A DNA stretch of 63,384 nucleotides, from positions 1,240,001 through 1,303,384 of the forward strand of contig BCIN01000003.1 in the NCBI GenBank assembly GCA_039545335.1, given 5' to 3'. The notes beneath the pieces are model-generated. The model saw nothing but the letters and a program-made list of their open reading frames with translations, had not been told where the DNA came from and did not search any database. This DNA comes from Kondoa subrosea. Its lineage: Eukaryota. Of this stretch, positions 50,199-63,384 are shown piece after piece. A program made the position numbers and the translations under genes. Every line of letters starts with the position of its first letter. The stretch's first letter is position 1.

Positions 50199-52426
50199 AT
50201 GGACGAAGTAGAGAAACTTCTTGAGGCCAATTTCAGAGCTACAGCCTCTACCGGCGCAGACTCAGACGTGAGTTTGCCATTTTCTCGAACTTGCTTCACT
50301 TTCTTAGCCAACACACATTTAGGCCAAATCTAGAGACCGTGGCTCTCGTTCTGAGTAAGTCTACAGCGCTTCATTCCATTTCTATGTAGGCTTATGCATT
50401 TATTTGGCAATCAGAGACCGTTCTCCTGAATCTAGATCTACTCGTCGAAAGCACCGCAGTCGCTCGAGAAGTCACTCTAGAGATCGCTCAGAAGGTGGCC
50501 GCTCTTCGCATCGCTCGAGTCGCAGAGAAAGAGATCCTAGTCCTAGAGGTTCGGCAACTGGAGGTTCGGATGGAGGTCGCTCGAGAGGATCAAGACGAGA
50601 TGACAGAGATCGAGATCGTGACCGTGATTATCGAGACCGCCGTCGTGATGATCGGGATGACAGACGCAGGTTATATCGAGACGATAGAGACTCTAGAGAT
50701 AGAAGGTGTGCTCAATCATGTCCCTCTGTTATTGGGCTGATCTCTGTCATCAGACGTGATACACCTCGGCGTAGAAGTCGCTCCAGATCACCACCTAGAC
50801 CTCGAAGCCCAGTTCCACCACCGAGAGAGCAATCGCCAAAGTGAGTTTCTGCTATGAGGTGAATTTTGATTGGCGCTAACAGGGCGATAGACTGACTGAG
50901 GAAGAACATGAAATGCGTTCCATCTTTGTGTCTCAGCTGTCTGCTCGTGTTGCCGACCGCGAACTTACGCAATTCTTTGAAGCTCATGCAGGAAAAGTCA
51001 GGGATGCCAAAGTCATCGTAGACCGTATCTCCAGGCGATCGAAAGGGTCAGTCAACAAGATCTTATCAGCAGCTTGGGCTGATCTGAAATATTTCAACAA
51101 ATAGTGTTGGCTACGTTGAATTTAAGGAACTTGAGTCTGTCAATAAAGCGCTTGCACTCACGGGCACCAAATTGCTCGGTATCCCTGTCGTGGTTCAATA
51201 TACTGAAGCTGAACGCAATCGTCAGGCTCAAAACAACGCTCCCGCGGCCGAGAACGCGAATATTGTCATGTCAGTCGTTAGCTGTCTTGTTTGTTTCAAA
51301 CTAAAATCGGCTTGTCTTTGACAGTTTCCCTGGCTCTGATGCCAAGCCTAATGCTCCTATTCCATACAACAGGCTATACATTGGCTCCTTAAACTTCAAT
51401 TTGACCGATGCCGATGTCAGGCAGGTTTTCCAACCGTTTGGCCATGTTGATGTCGTCGATCTGCACCGAGACCAGCTCACTGGCAAGTCAAAAGGTTACT
51501 GCTTTGTTCAGTAAGTGGCATTACGGGAAAGATGAGATTATGCTCATCGATCCATTTTTCTATCTCATAGATTTAGGTTCCACGCCGATGCAGTGCAAGC
51601 TTTGGAGAAGATGAACAACTTCCCTCTTGCTGGGAGACCTGTGAGTCACACTTGCCTCAGGAGAGTGCGAAACAAAATGGACTCAAATGTTTAGATGCAG
51701 ATTAAATGCGGTCTCGTTACTGAAAAGATGACTTTGATGGCTAGAAGCGATGGTCAAACCAGTTCTAACCTGGAAGAAAGCTCTGGTAAGCTTCATAAGG
51801 GTTCTACGGGCTTACGTTTCTGATCGTTTTTGCGAATCAGGCGGTACTCTGAGCGGCATCTCGCGCATCGAGCTGATGCAGAAGTTGGCTAGACAGGACG
51901 GGCCAGTGCCTACTCGACAACTCAATGAGATTCCAGCTGTGCCAATGTCAGTAAAATCGACACTTCTATTTCTTGATAGCTAATTGTCAATGTGTATTAG
52001 GTGGAAGCCAAATATTCCTTCTGCGAAGTCCAAATGTGTATTGTTGAAAAACATGTTCGACCCTAAGGAAGAAACTGAACCTCATTGGGATACTGAACTT
52101 CGTGACGACGTCAAACAGGAATGCATGGGCAAATATGGTCAAGTGAGGGATATTTACATTTTACCCGAATCAGAGGTGGGTCCCGATGTCTGTTGCAGGA
52201 GGACTTATGCTTACGTGTAATTCAACAGGAGGGCGATATCTATATCAAGTTTGATACTGAAGTTACTGCAGAAAGAGCTATCGCTGGTCTTAATGGTCGA
52301 TTTTTGTGAGTGTTGCTCTCAAGTGGTTGTATCTTGCTGACGTTTCGCTACAGCGGAGGCAAGCAAGTTTCTGCTCAGTTCAGTCCAGATGCAGTCTATG
52401 AAGCACACAGGCCCAGCAGACGATAA
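50199..52426 (+). CDS. RBM39/CAPER (rsd1-like) splicing factor
   Basis: RS/RD-rich N-terminus, RRM1 (RSIFVSQL...SKGVGYVEF), RRM2 (RLYIGSLNFNL...SKGYCFVQF), UHM (CVLLKNMFDP...LNGRF). Confidence 0.9.
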
Positions 52427-52729
52427 AAGAATGGATTTCTACAGGTTATCTCAACTCTACTTCCTCGGCAAGTGATTGGATTGTGACATGGGATATGCCA
52501 TCTCTATTAACTCTTACTGCAATGCTATCTTGTTTCTTCTTGAGCCCTTCACTGAAAGTGTCACAACTTCAAAGACTTCGTCGGTTCGACGGACGGGTAC
52601 TTCCGAAATCGCATTGCATCCTCTGCGAAATCTTCATGAATTGATCCACCAGCTTTCAAGTGAGTGAGAACGACTCTGATACCATCATGCAATAGCTGAT
52701 TGACACCTGCTGCTTCTCCTCTGCTCAGA

Positions 52730-53211
52730 ATGTCAGTTTGCACCGATTTTCTCGTTTTTCTCGCCCTGACGATAATGCAGGCCTCCTCCAGCACCCAAGA
52801 AGCCCGCGGGCTCCAACCCTACTGGTAAATCCAAGAAGAAGAAGTGGTCCAAGGGAAAGGTCAAGGACAAGGCCAACAACGCTGTCGTCCTCGATAAAAC
52901 CACCTACGACCGTGTAATGAAGGAAGTTCCTTCTTTCCGCATGATCTCTCAGTCAGTCACATCATCGGTCGGCATTCCCAATGTGTACTGAGTTGGATTT
53001 CTAGATCAATCCTCATCGACCGAATGAAGGTCAACGGAAGTATTGCGCGAATGATTATCAGGGAACTTGAGAAGCAGGGAGCTATCAAGCGCATTGTGCA
53101 CTCACACGCTCAGCTCGTCTACAGTAAGCTCTGTCGAATAAGCTTTGGGTTTGGGCAGCAAATGTTGATTAACTTTTCACAGCCCGGGCAAGCGCTGCTG
53201 AAGCTGCATGA
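52730..53211 (+). CDS. RPS25: 40S ribosomal protein S25 (eS25)
   Basis: [27 protein letters not shown]...[11 protein letters not shown]...HAQLVY|TRA. The start codon is AT|G across the intron at 52732-52780. Confidence 0.95.
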
Positions 53212-53991
53212 TTGGGCTCTCGTATCGATTTGCAATATCACCGGTGCATCAGACAGTCTCGACCGACATTATTTCTTTCACCGTTGTCCTGTGATCTGTT
53301 GCCGCCTGAAACTGTTCTTGCTGCAAACCTCATCCCGCTTGCCAAATTGTACGATCTAGCAGGATGGCTGTTACACTGTTTGCATCTTCAGTGCAGTACT
53401 CGATATTTGGATGCGTTTCACTGTGCTGTCTCGGTTCCGCGATTATGTTCTGCTTATTACACGATTCTGTCAATCGCTTGACGTAATGTTCTCCTGATGT
53501 CCATTGTGTTTGCATCTCCTTCACTGCTTCATTCTGTGCAATCATAAGTCGCACGGCGCTTGCGCTTTCTGCTCGGTCGGAGCGCCGATTGATACTTTGA
53601 ACTTGAAGCCGTGCAGCGCCGGGGGATAGAGAGGACCATTACAGGTCAATTACCAGCACATTGATGCGTGTCGCAGCCTAAGGAGGCCGACGGATTACAA
53701 GCAACAAGCGAGAGACGGGTCTTGGTATTGTAACTGTATTGTTACAGTGCATTCTTTGTAAAATTCTGTCGTGTAATGATAGCTTTGCATTCGTTCGCCT
53801 GAGTTCTGTACCTGCTGATATGTCTCTTGTGCGCGAGAGTATCGGACATATTGCACGTGAGTGCGCGAGGCCAATCGAAGCGTGTCGACGCGAGACAATT
53901 GCTCTTAGCACGAACCTCTCGAAAGCGCTGGGCTCTCATGCTGCTTGATCTTCATATACCTACTCCATTATCTTGATACCCTTTTGCCGCT

Positions 53992-56521
53992 GTGGCTTCT
54001 TCTCTCCTTACACGCCTTCAAGGCAGACTTGTTGTTTTCCCTCGTTCTTCTTTTGCTTCCTTCTCTACTTCTGTTCCTGCATTCAAGTTCAAGTATTATG
54101 CCCTCGCACGACCAAACAGTGGTCAGCCAAGAATAGTCGAAAGTTGGAATCAAGCCAAGCAACTGATTGAAGGTGAGCTACATCTCTCTGCCTTCTGATC
54201 TCAAAATACAAGTCTGAAATGGTATAGGCGTATCCGGTACCTTTCACAAAGGTTTCCTGACTCAAGAAGCTGCTCAAACATGGCTTAAAGCGAAAACTTC
54301 GGCAGCTACTTCGAAGAAGCGAACGAAATCGAAAGGGAAGCGATCAAAGCAAGAGTCTACAGATACATCTATAGAATATACGATACCCGGATTAGGAAGA
54401 TCTACTACTGTTGCTGAAGCATTGGTACCCGCTGAAACATCTATTGTCTTGACTCCTCAGCAGCAAGAGATACTGGATGTGGTACAGAAAGGCAAGAGCA
54501 TTTTTGTGACTGGCTCAGCTGGCAGTGGGGTGATTCATACGATTTCAAATTTGATGATGACTAATGACTCTGCAGAAATCTGTGCTGCTGCGAGAAATCA
54601 TCCTAGCCTTGAAAGCTAAATATCCTCTTCCTCAAGAGGTCGCCATCACAGCATCTACTGTGAGCTTCTTCTATGTTTCGGCTTATTTGTAAATTTGATC
54701 CTTCTTCGAAGGGAATCGCGGGATTGAACATAACCGGCCAAACTCTTCATCGCTGGGCTGGACTCGGCCTGGCTATACAACCCGCGTCCTCGCTTCTGTT
54801 TCGGCTCAAGCAGCCTACGTCTTCGGTAGCTCGAAAACGCTGGAGGAATTGCAAAGTCTTGCTCATTGACGAGATTTCTATGGTTGATGCAAATCTGCTT
54901 ACTGTAGGTTCTTCCCTGTTCCTGCGCTTCTGATGGCCAAATGAAATACGTCGTAGAAACTCGAGGCTATTGCAAGAAGCATTCGTGGATCATCGCTACC
55001 CTTTGGAGGCATACAAGGTAAAAGGTTCCAACCAGTCGTTTGGGCACAAACTGATTGCACATCAGTAATTGCGTGCGGCGACTTCTTTCAATTGCCGCCT
55101 GTTCCAGATGGAGATGCAATGGCTACACTAGCCTTTGATTCGCCTGCCTGGAAATTCGTTTTCAAGAAGATGTATAGCTTGAAAACAGTCTGTGAGTTGT
55201 TTCCAAGTCGACGAAGGTTCTTCTCATATGAGTCCAAAGTTCGTCAAGCTGATCCAGCCTTCGTGACCATCTTGAACGAAATGAGACGAGGAAACCTTTC
55301 GCCAGAATCGATCAATACTCTAAAATCGCTTGATCGACCGGTTCACTACGAAGATGGTATCGGTCCAGTCGAATTATATCCTACTCGAGCTGAAGTTAAT
55401 GCTGCAAATAATGCTCGGTTGGTACAACTTCCGGGCGAAGCTAGACATTTCGTCGCACAGGACAGATTTGGCACTTTTCTGAAGACAAACAAGACAATGA
55501 CCGAAGCAGAAAAGACCAGGGCGTTGCAACTCAAATTAAACGGCGTAAATTTTGAGCAGCCTGAACTTGGAACGGAGCTGAAGTTGCTTGCTGTAGAGCA
55601 CCATTGGACCTCGAGAAGTCACTCTTCGGGTTGGAGCCCAAGTGATGCTGTTGAAGGTATGATGAGTCCAACAAAGAGAATCTAGTAGCTGAACATCGTG
55701 ATTCAGAATCTTGCAAACAGTCAACTCTGTAACGGCTCGATCGGCCAAGTTATTGCGTTTCGAAGCACTGCAGATAACATGACAAGTCAAGGCTTTGACA
55801 AGATCATCACTCAAATTGCTCAATCTGAGAAGACGGCACGAAGCGAGAAGGAAGAAGCTCTTCGCGAACAGCAGCACAGCGATGGTCCTCCTGCAAAAAA
55901 TTCTACAGACGTAAGCACTAGTCTCTGATTATGGGATGAGGCTCAGCCTGCTTCAGTATCCTGTTGTCTACTTTCCTTCAACTCAGCAAGTCATTTGTTT
56001 CCCGCCAATGGTCTTTTCGATCGAGAACTCAGGTCGGCTTTCTATGAAACCCAAGATCTACAGCTGACAATGTAGTAGAGGGAGCAATCGAGGCAATGCG
56101 AGAGCAGATACCTTTGATGTTGGCATACGCTTTGTCGGTACATAAGTCGCAAGGCCAGACATTGGAAAGAGTGAAGGTGGGCGAAACATTCTAGCGGACT
56201 AGAAAGCTAACCATAGCATCGTTTGAATCAGGTTGATCTAGGTCGCACTTTTGAAAAGGGACAGTAGGTCACAACTACTTCCGCTTTTTGATTAGCTCTT
56301 ATTCGATTGCAGAGCATATGTCGCGCTCTCGCGTGCCACCAGTCTGGACAGGCTCGAGATCAAGCGCTTCGATGCATCTAAGGTGCTGGCTCACCCGAGA
56401 GTTACGTACGTATTGCAATTTCTTCATGGCATCTGACTGACTGTATGATAGCGAATGGTATACAAAACACTTTCCAGAAGATTATGGTAAATCAAGACAG
56501 GACAATGCTCTCGCAACCTAG
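53992..56521 (+). CDS. PIF1: Pif1-family DNA helicase with N-terminal RNase H1-like hybrid-binding domain
   Basis: [68 protein letters not shown]. 5' start uncertain (no in-frame ATG). Symbol denotes family, not proven orthology. Confidence 0.88.
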
Positions 56522-56816
56522 CCTAGCACAAAACAGATGCAATGGCTCTTCAACCACTCAATTAGTTTGCGCAAGTACTTCATCAGTCTCTCGCATCGAA
56601 GACAGCGAACGACGAAGCTTGACAAATCGTTTACACTAAGTATGTTAGCAGAGCATTCTCAATATAATGTTCAGCCAGGCCTCAACGTAGAAGAGGAGAA
56701 CTATGTCCGCAATACCATATCAACTTTGTAGCTCATTCATTTAGATTCAGCTATGTACATATTCCGTCACATACATGCCAAAATGTAAACATTGACCATC
56801 ATTTCCTAAGTATCTA

Positions 56817-59477
56817 TCATGCACCATCCTCCAAAAACTTGTAATGGAACGTGCTGTATCATAATATCAGTTTTGGTTCTGCAAACTTTGTAAAAGAAGC
56901 GACATACAAAGAATTCTTCTTCCTACTAGCGAAAGCGGTTTCCCAATCAAAGTACAAACTATTATATGGTCAATTCTTCAGTCTATATACCAATAGCGAA
57001 TAAGTAAGGGATAACTCACTAAACGCCTTGCTCGTATTCTTCTGTGATTTGAGCAGGTTCGTTGGCTCTTTGAAACCATGTTAGGTATTGCTTATGGAAC
57101 CTCCATGCTCGTTTCTTTAGTTCTTCAGCAGCCAAATACCTGTTCAACATGCGCACGTCTAAGCTTCCATCAAGCACAGGGCGAAATGACACAACGAACT
57201 GTTGGTAAGTCCCGACTTGATAGTAGAAGATGTAGAAGAGCGTGTCCGTATCGAATCGACCAAACATAGCTGGTTGATCTAGAACTGCAGTAGGTGTTTG
57301 AGGATAATAATGAGGAGTAGGGTAAGGTTGTTTCGGTACGTAATACTTTGGTCTGTCAGCATTTCTTCCGCGCGTAAGATTCGTAAATCACAACCAAGAG
57401 GAACACTGACTTTTCCGAATCACTCGCTTGTGGGACATTCGAATAGCCCGATTCTAGAATCTTTGTAATGGAAGCTAAATCGCGATCTCCACTTTGAGCT
57501 GTAAGCAATCGAGTAGCTTGAGACTTGATTGCAAGAAAGTAGGAGGGTAAGAAATTTACCTTTCGATTTCGCACTCTCGAAACTGGTCACTAGATCCGTT
57601 AAGGAGTTAGGTAATCTCGCTTGTTCCGCAGCAGCTTGTTGAGCTTGTTGTTGTTGAGCTTGCTGAGCATGATTCGCAGTTCCTGCACCGCTCGCTACAC
57701 TTCCACTACTCGCTACTGAGGCTGGAGGAGGGGGTGGTGGTAAAGGAGAAGCAGCTACTTGTTGCGTTAATTCAGGAGTAGCTAAAGATTGAGATTGAGA
57801 AGAAGAAGCAGGAGGTGGTGGTGTTGCTGTCGAATGAGGTACACTAGGAGCGGGTGAAGCTGCTAATTGAGGAGGTTGAGCAATACTTGATGGTGCCAAA
57901 GAAGAAGAGACAGTGCTTAAAGCAGGTGAAGAAGTTCTACTTGGTGTAGAAGAAGAAAGTGGTGCAGCTGGGAAAGATGCGTCTTTGTTTGCTAAAGAAA
58001 TATCTCCTGGTGATGGCATTGGAGCGGATGCGCTTGCACTACTTGCTGATTGAGGAGCTGCTAGAGGTACTGTTGATCCTGCTGGTGTAACTTTCACACC
58101 TTGAGCTATTGTAGCAGAAGGAATTGGACCTAATACCGAAGCAGGCTGTTGCGATGTAGTTGGCGTAGCGTTAGATGCTGAAGTGGGCGTCGCAGATGCT
58201 GGACTAGGCTGAGGAGGTGCAGAGGAAGAAGCAGGAGGAGTAGCTACTGCCGCTGCGGCCATTGCAGAATACCTGATCGGAGGCAAAACAACAGGCTGTG
58301 AACGAGGTGTTGGCCCGGTTGCTGGTACTACTGATGAGATTGCTGAAGTCTTGGGTAGAGCTGGAACAAGCGGGGCAGAAATGATAGGTCTGACTGAACC
58401 ACCTTCCAAAGTTGGTTTTCGCCCACCAGGTCTCGTTTGCGAAGAATTGGGTATCGAAATGGAAGAAGAGCGATTTGGAGGAGGACTCTTGACGGCTTCC
58501 GGTGTTTCGTCTATTGATGCTTCTCGTGAAGGTTTCGACCCTGAAATACTCCTTGTTGGCGGTTTCATCGGAGAAGGTGATGTTTCTGAGGCATCTGCTA
58601 CTGAGTGGGAATCATGCGAAGATTGCAGGTCGTCGTTCATCATGTCAAACATCCCTTCGTCTTCCTGTAAGTTGAGATCATCGTAAATGCCTTCATCTTC
58701 CTCAAAGTCTTCTTCCTGCTCATACCTCATCAGTATCACAAGACCGCCATGGAAAGTAGACATACCTGATTGCTTTCCACAAAGTAAGCAATGTCTTCTT
58801 TCAACACATTGACAGAATCCGGTTCAAGATTCCCGTTCTCCAATAATCTCAGAATCAGTTCCAGTCTTCCGATATGCCATTTCCGCCTATCGTTGAGGGT
58901 TTCCAATTCGACTACTCTGCTCACTGCTCCACTCTTGCTACCCTTCTTCTTTACATTTCCAGCCAAAGATTCAATCTCAGCTTCAGTAACTTCGACCTGT
59001 CTACCCAATTCTTCAACCATGTTACCAGTCCAATTAGACATTTCCTGCTTGAGCTGTTCTTTAGGGTCCAACTTTGTAGCAGCATTAAGACCTTCTTTGG
59101 AGAAAGCTTTAGTCTTCATCTCTTTTTCGCATTGCTTGAATCTCTCCATTTGAGTTTCAATAAGTTTCCTCGCATCCGTTAAAGCTGATTTGTCTTTAAT
59201 TTCATTCGAAGCTAACCAAGTCTTGATTTGATCTCGAAGTCTCTGTAGTTTCTTAATTTGAGTCTTCAAGTCATTCTCCACTGTTCGACACAGCAATCCC
59301 TCCCTTTAGCACATATATCTTGCATATAACAAAGGGAAATAGGAACGCACACTTCTCTTTCTGAGGTAAATGTGTTGTAGCTTGCATCTTGTCGTGAATG
59401 CTTTCAAACAATTCAACACCCTCTTGCACGCGCTTCAGCGTTCTATCGACCTCTAAGGCCAGCTTTCTGGCTGCCAT
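56817..59477 (-). CDS. NOT3: CCR4-NOT complex subunit Not3/Not5
   Basis: MAARKLALEVDRTLKRVQEG, LKTQIKKLQRLRDQIKTW, KTKAFSKEGL, NOT-box DTLFYIFYY...WRFHKQYLTWFQR. Confidence 0.93.
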
Positions 59478-59733
59478 CTTTTGTCAAGTTTCACTTTGTG
59501 ACAATTCGGAAAGGTCGTCGTCTGCGGAAGGGAAAGTCAATTTCCAGGAAGGCCACTTCGGACCAGCGAAAGTACACCAAGAGGTAGACTTAGTGCTCAT
59601 GAGACTACTACTGCTATAAATCCGCTAGTAGAGGAAGATGACTTTGAAGTTTATGAGATTCCAGATGCAAGGGTATAACTGAAGGAAGACGAAAGTAGAG
59701 TCCAAGAAACCCTTGCAATGACCCGCTTGAAGC

Positions 59734-60880
59734 TCAATTCCAGTCTGAATACAACACAGAATTAGACCAAACAGGCGCACGTAGTGCCTTCTCAAAACAC
59801 ACCTTTGGCTATTTTGAAGGCCCACGTCCATTCAGCATGCACATTCTTATCATCGTCTGTCACTCTAGAAGTGATGGTGTACGTAGATCGAGCGATCATT
59901 CCAGTTGGGGCCTGTACGTTACAGATATGCCATAATCAGCGACGAAGCAGATCCAAGTACCCGATCAAACACACATCTTCGGAAGCGAAACGTTTCGTCT
60001 GTACATCAGTGCTTGGACCGTAAGAGCCAATCATGTGTTGCTGTTTGTCGACTTTGATTCCAGCTATTCGAACAACATCAGGTCAGTACAAGTCAACGCT
60101 GTAATGCGACAGCTGAAGCGCACCTCTTTTGACTACTTGAATATATTGCCTGTATCACCAATGTCAGTGTTGCGTCCGAAAATCGGGAACCGAGGAAACG
60201 CACATGCCGCTAACGATACTGCTGTTAACCTTGAATTGCAGACTAACGCTGAATTCGGCTCCTTCCTGTATCAGACTGTATGAGCACCGTCATTAATCGT
60301 TCTCAGTACTATCTGCTCACCTTGATAATGATTGGGTTCTTCTTCAGATCTTCGCCTTTGGTAAGATCCACAACGATATCCTGACGTCCAGGTGAATGCA
60401 AAGTGAGGCCTGTCAGACCAACGGATCTCCTAAGCATGAAATCATGCTGAAGAGTAGGGCGTCAGCTGACCAATAACTTGTACATTCGGTCCGCTGGAAC
60501 TGCCTTTCAAGGCTTTATCTAGTCCTAAACTCGCTTCCCATGCTTTGAGAGAATCACTACAGAGCGCATCAGAGGCATGAGATTGAAACAATGCAAAGAC
60601 TTACTCTCTATAAGTCGCGCGAATTGATAAATCAACATATAGCACCATAATAGGAAAGGATAGCTGACCTGTAATCAAGCTTGGCTAGGTCCGCTGCAAG
60701 TCGCCCAGAGAACAATTATCAGCGCAAGACTGAATGAAGGCTCATGCGACTTGCCTTCCGTCTTGAGTTGTCCAGGACTGGGTCAACGCGTCAATACGTT
60801 CGCTGCTCCCTATACGATCAAACAGCTAACCCTTTGTAATTAGTAGTCTGCTCAGCAGCGAGCTCATCTTCTGCGCTCAT
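59734..60880 (-). CDS. RDI1: Rho GDP-dissociation inhibitor
   Basis: MSAEDELAAEQTTNYK, DSLKAWEASL, LKYIQVVKR, MIGSYGP, FASEDVFDRVLGSASS, WTWAFKIAK|DWN. Confidence 0.85.
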
Positions 60881-61008
60881 GTTGCGAAAGTGGTTGAGCA
60901 AGAATGAAACGCGGTCGACGCAGATTCGTCCTTCATATTTATGTAACAATTTGGATACCTTTAACACACTACCGTAATCCTTTTTAAGCCTTTCCCTTTG
61001 ACACATCT

Positions 61009-63384
61009 TTAAGCTAGAGCACTATCGGGGAAATCAAATGGATCATTGACGAAATCCCTCTTGACTGGGCTGATTGTAAGAGTACCGTTCGATGGCTGAT
61101 TGCCCTTTGTAGCGAAATAAGGTAGCTCAGTAGTCCAAATAGGGAATTCTAAGTCAAATACATCAGTCTCCTGGGTCAGATTGCTAAGTATAGATCTCAC
61201 CTCGCTCGAGATGGAAACCTTGACCGCATCGATCATACGTGACTGTCAGGTCAGGTCATTTCAGATAGGCACTACGGATGGTTTCTGGTTTGAATTGCTT
61301 ACCTTTAGGTAAAGCATCGAAGTAGCTATCAAATTTCGAGTCCAAGGCTTCTTCCAATGAAGTAGCTTCACCATAAGGGAAGATGTTCTCCCATCCGTAG
61401 CGACAAGCAGCTCCGCGGCAGTGTTTGAGGTAGAGCATGACTGCGTCCAACCGAGATGCTACTCGACCTCCTGCGATATCGGATGACCAAGAACGGAAAG
61501 GGCCTTGCTGATTGAGTGGCAGGAGAATGTTGTTCATCTGACCAGGATCGACCTGTCGAACCATTAGCTCTGTAATTAGGTCATGTAGCATTAGTCTTAC
61601 AGTCATATCGCTGGACGAAGAGGGAGATTTAGATCTTCAAAAGACAAGTCATAAGAATGAGCCTGCTAGAGTTCTCGTTCTCCAGTACACCATACTATGC
61701 TATTCCTCAGGTACGGTTGAATTAGCAAGGAACAGCTCTCACCAGCATAGTGCCAATTACTCGTTTCTTCAATAGAGCGTATGACTCGATAAGTATTGTT
61801 CTGTGTCACAATAGGAGCGATATTGTATTTGCCTTCATCTGTGTCTCGTGTCAGCCAAGTGATTACAAAGTGCAAATACAACGTACCAGCATAAAAGACT
61901 AAAGCAGCAGAAATCAGAACAGGGGCTCTCAGAAATTCATCAGCTTACTCCAAAATTCCGACTATGATTTTGCACGTAAGCCTGGCATGTGCATACATAA
62001 AGCTTGCGAACGTACTAGGTGTAAGTTTGGCGTGCCGATCTGCTTCTTTGACCTGGACATCACATCAGCCTGTAGATTCTACTCGAGAGCAGCAAGCTTA
62101 CGCGTATTTATGAGCAAAGGGCATCAAGCTGCCGTCCACATCTATATCTGATGGCTGGTTCAGCTTAAGATCAAGCACGAGTAGGAATTTACTTACTTGC
62201 TTCCGCGCCGGCGAGGTGCAGAATACTAGCTGAGAGATCGATGTTGCTATAGACGAGTTAATTAGTAATCAGCTGAATCGATTGATTCCGTTGACAAATC
62301 GGCTCACCTATAGGCCGAAGCACTGTTGACCCCTTTCTCGACAGTAGGTCCACGAATAGCGAACGGAACTCGAATGTCTTCTTCATAACCGCTTGTCTTT
62401 CCAGGATTGCGTCTATGCTGTCCAATCGAGTATCCATTATCGGCACTGTTTTAACAATGACAATGAATTAGTATCTAATGGGCAGGCAGTATTGGATGCT
62501 CACGTATAAATGAAATAGGTGTTATCAGCTTGACCAGCTGCCTCGACTTTCTTGTAGACCGCTTCGATCAGTTCATCTACCGCTTGCAAGGATCTGATTC
62601 TCATGCGATACCAATTATCACCGTAATCGATACGTTCTTGGTCCAGAAGTGGGAAGTTTCGCATGAAACTGGCACCCGAAGGTTCATCAGGGTTAGAAGA
62701 GTAGCCTCGAGGTGCGATAGAATCATTGAAAAGACCAGCATGACGTTCAGCCGGCTAGGTGAGGCTCAGTGAAGCAACGAAAGAGCAGGCTTTTAACTGA
62801 CCACAGGTGGTTTAAGAGGTCTTCCGCTACGGATGACAGTATCAGATCTGTTCCGGGCAATCTGATCGCGCTTCAACGAACCCAGTATAGTTGGCCCATT
62901 CGAAGTGAGGTGCGATTGGAGCAATACCAACAAAGAAAGGACGATCAGAGGATAATGCTTTATCTAGATAGCCTAATCCAATCTCCTTGATGTGGTCAGT
63001 CGAATAGCGACCTTCAAAATTGGTTGGTGGTCCGCCATTGAAGCTGTAGCTTGCATTGTAGAAAAGGTATGTGTTCGGGTCGAGCAAAACAGCCGATTCT
63101 ATTCTTTACCATTAAGTTGAATCCGACAACCAAGTCTGACGACATACCGTTTAGACCGCGAACAGGTAACGTTTGAGCATTGGCATAATTGTTGCCGTTC
63201 ATCACTTTGCCGACACTGACTCACTTATTAGACTTAGCAAAGTTGCAGGCAAACTGCTAGACTGACTAGTACGTATTGTAGTTCGCCCTTTGCAGCCAGG
63301 TTGGAAGCCATTCCGTCTGATAGCCGAATTCGCAGTATACAGACCAGCCGCCATAAGGTTGATCTATCCACATGAAGATGAGCA
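61009..63384 (-). CDS. Arylsulfatase / GlcNAc-6-sulfatase-like protein (5' part outside window)
   Basis: GKVMNG, YSTDHI, PFFVGIAPIAPH, RIRSLQAVDE, ADNTYFIY, DNGYS, KTFEFRSLFV, YDMT|VDPGQMNN. Confidence 0.85.

Noticed and set aside
25714..56521. DNA-repair gene cluster (MPH1, LigD-PE, PIF1)
   Set aside because: Spread over 30 kb among unrelated genes, so chance co-location is sufficient.
53992..56521. Helitron-derived Pif1
   Set aside because: No Rep/HUH domain or Helitron termini seen. The gene is intron-rich and sits between RPS25 and NOT3.

Overview
Eukaryotic, gene-dense fungal DNA (roughly 45% GC by eye) with many short (~45-60 nt) GT-AG introns carrying CTRAY branch sites. The style suggests a basidiomycete (inference only). 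About 29 intron-containing protein genes could be reconstructed. Housekeeping genes are LSM5, DUG3, MPH1/FANCM, NSA2, SAC1, ARG3, a GPAT, an RBM39-like splicing factor, RPS25, a PIF1-family helicase, NOT3/5 and Rho-GDI. The rest are two ACC-synthase-like aminotransferases, two tandem MFS sugar porters, an MBOAT, an SGNH esterase, a CALB-like lipase, a short MetE-like protein, a partial sulfatase, a LIM protein, an LRR protein and four F-box-like/LRR paralogues, two of which are disrupted. The strongest leads are: (1) an ORF-less, structured minus-strand element at ~3200-3600 built from two duplicated modules with near-identical loops but different closing stems, a cUUCGg hairpin and a U8 run; (2) a Pif1 helicase fused to an RNase H1-type hybrid-binding domain that has no in-frame AUG and may start at GUG; (3) a stand-alone, intron-rich LigD 3'-phosphoesterase with all catalytic residues and an NLS; (4) a securin candidate; (5) an RPS25 start codon split by an intron. 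Gene ends were reconstructed by eye across introns and may be off by a terminal exon. No tRNA, rRNA, CRISPR array or transposon was recognised.
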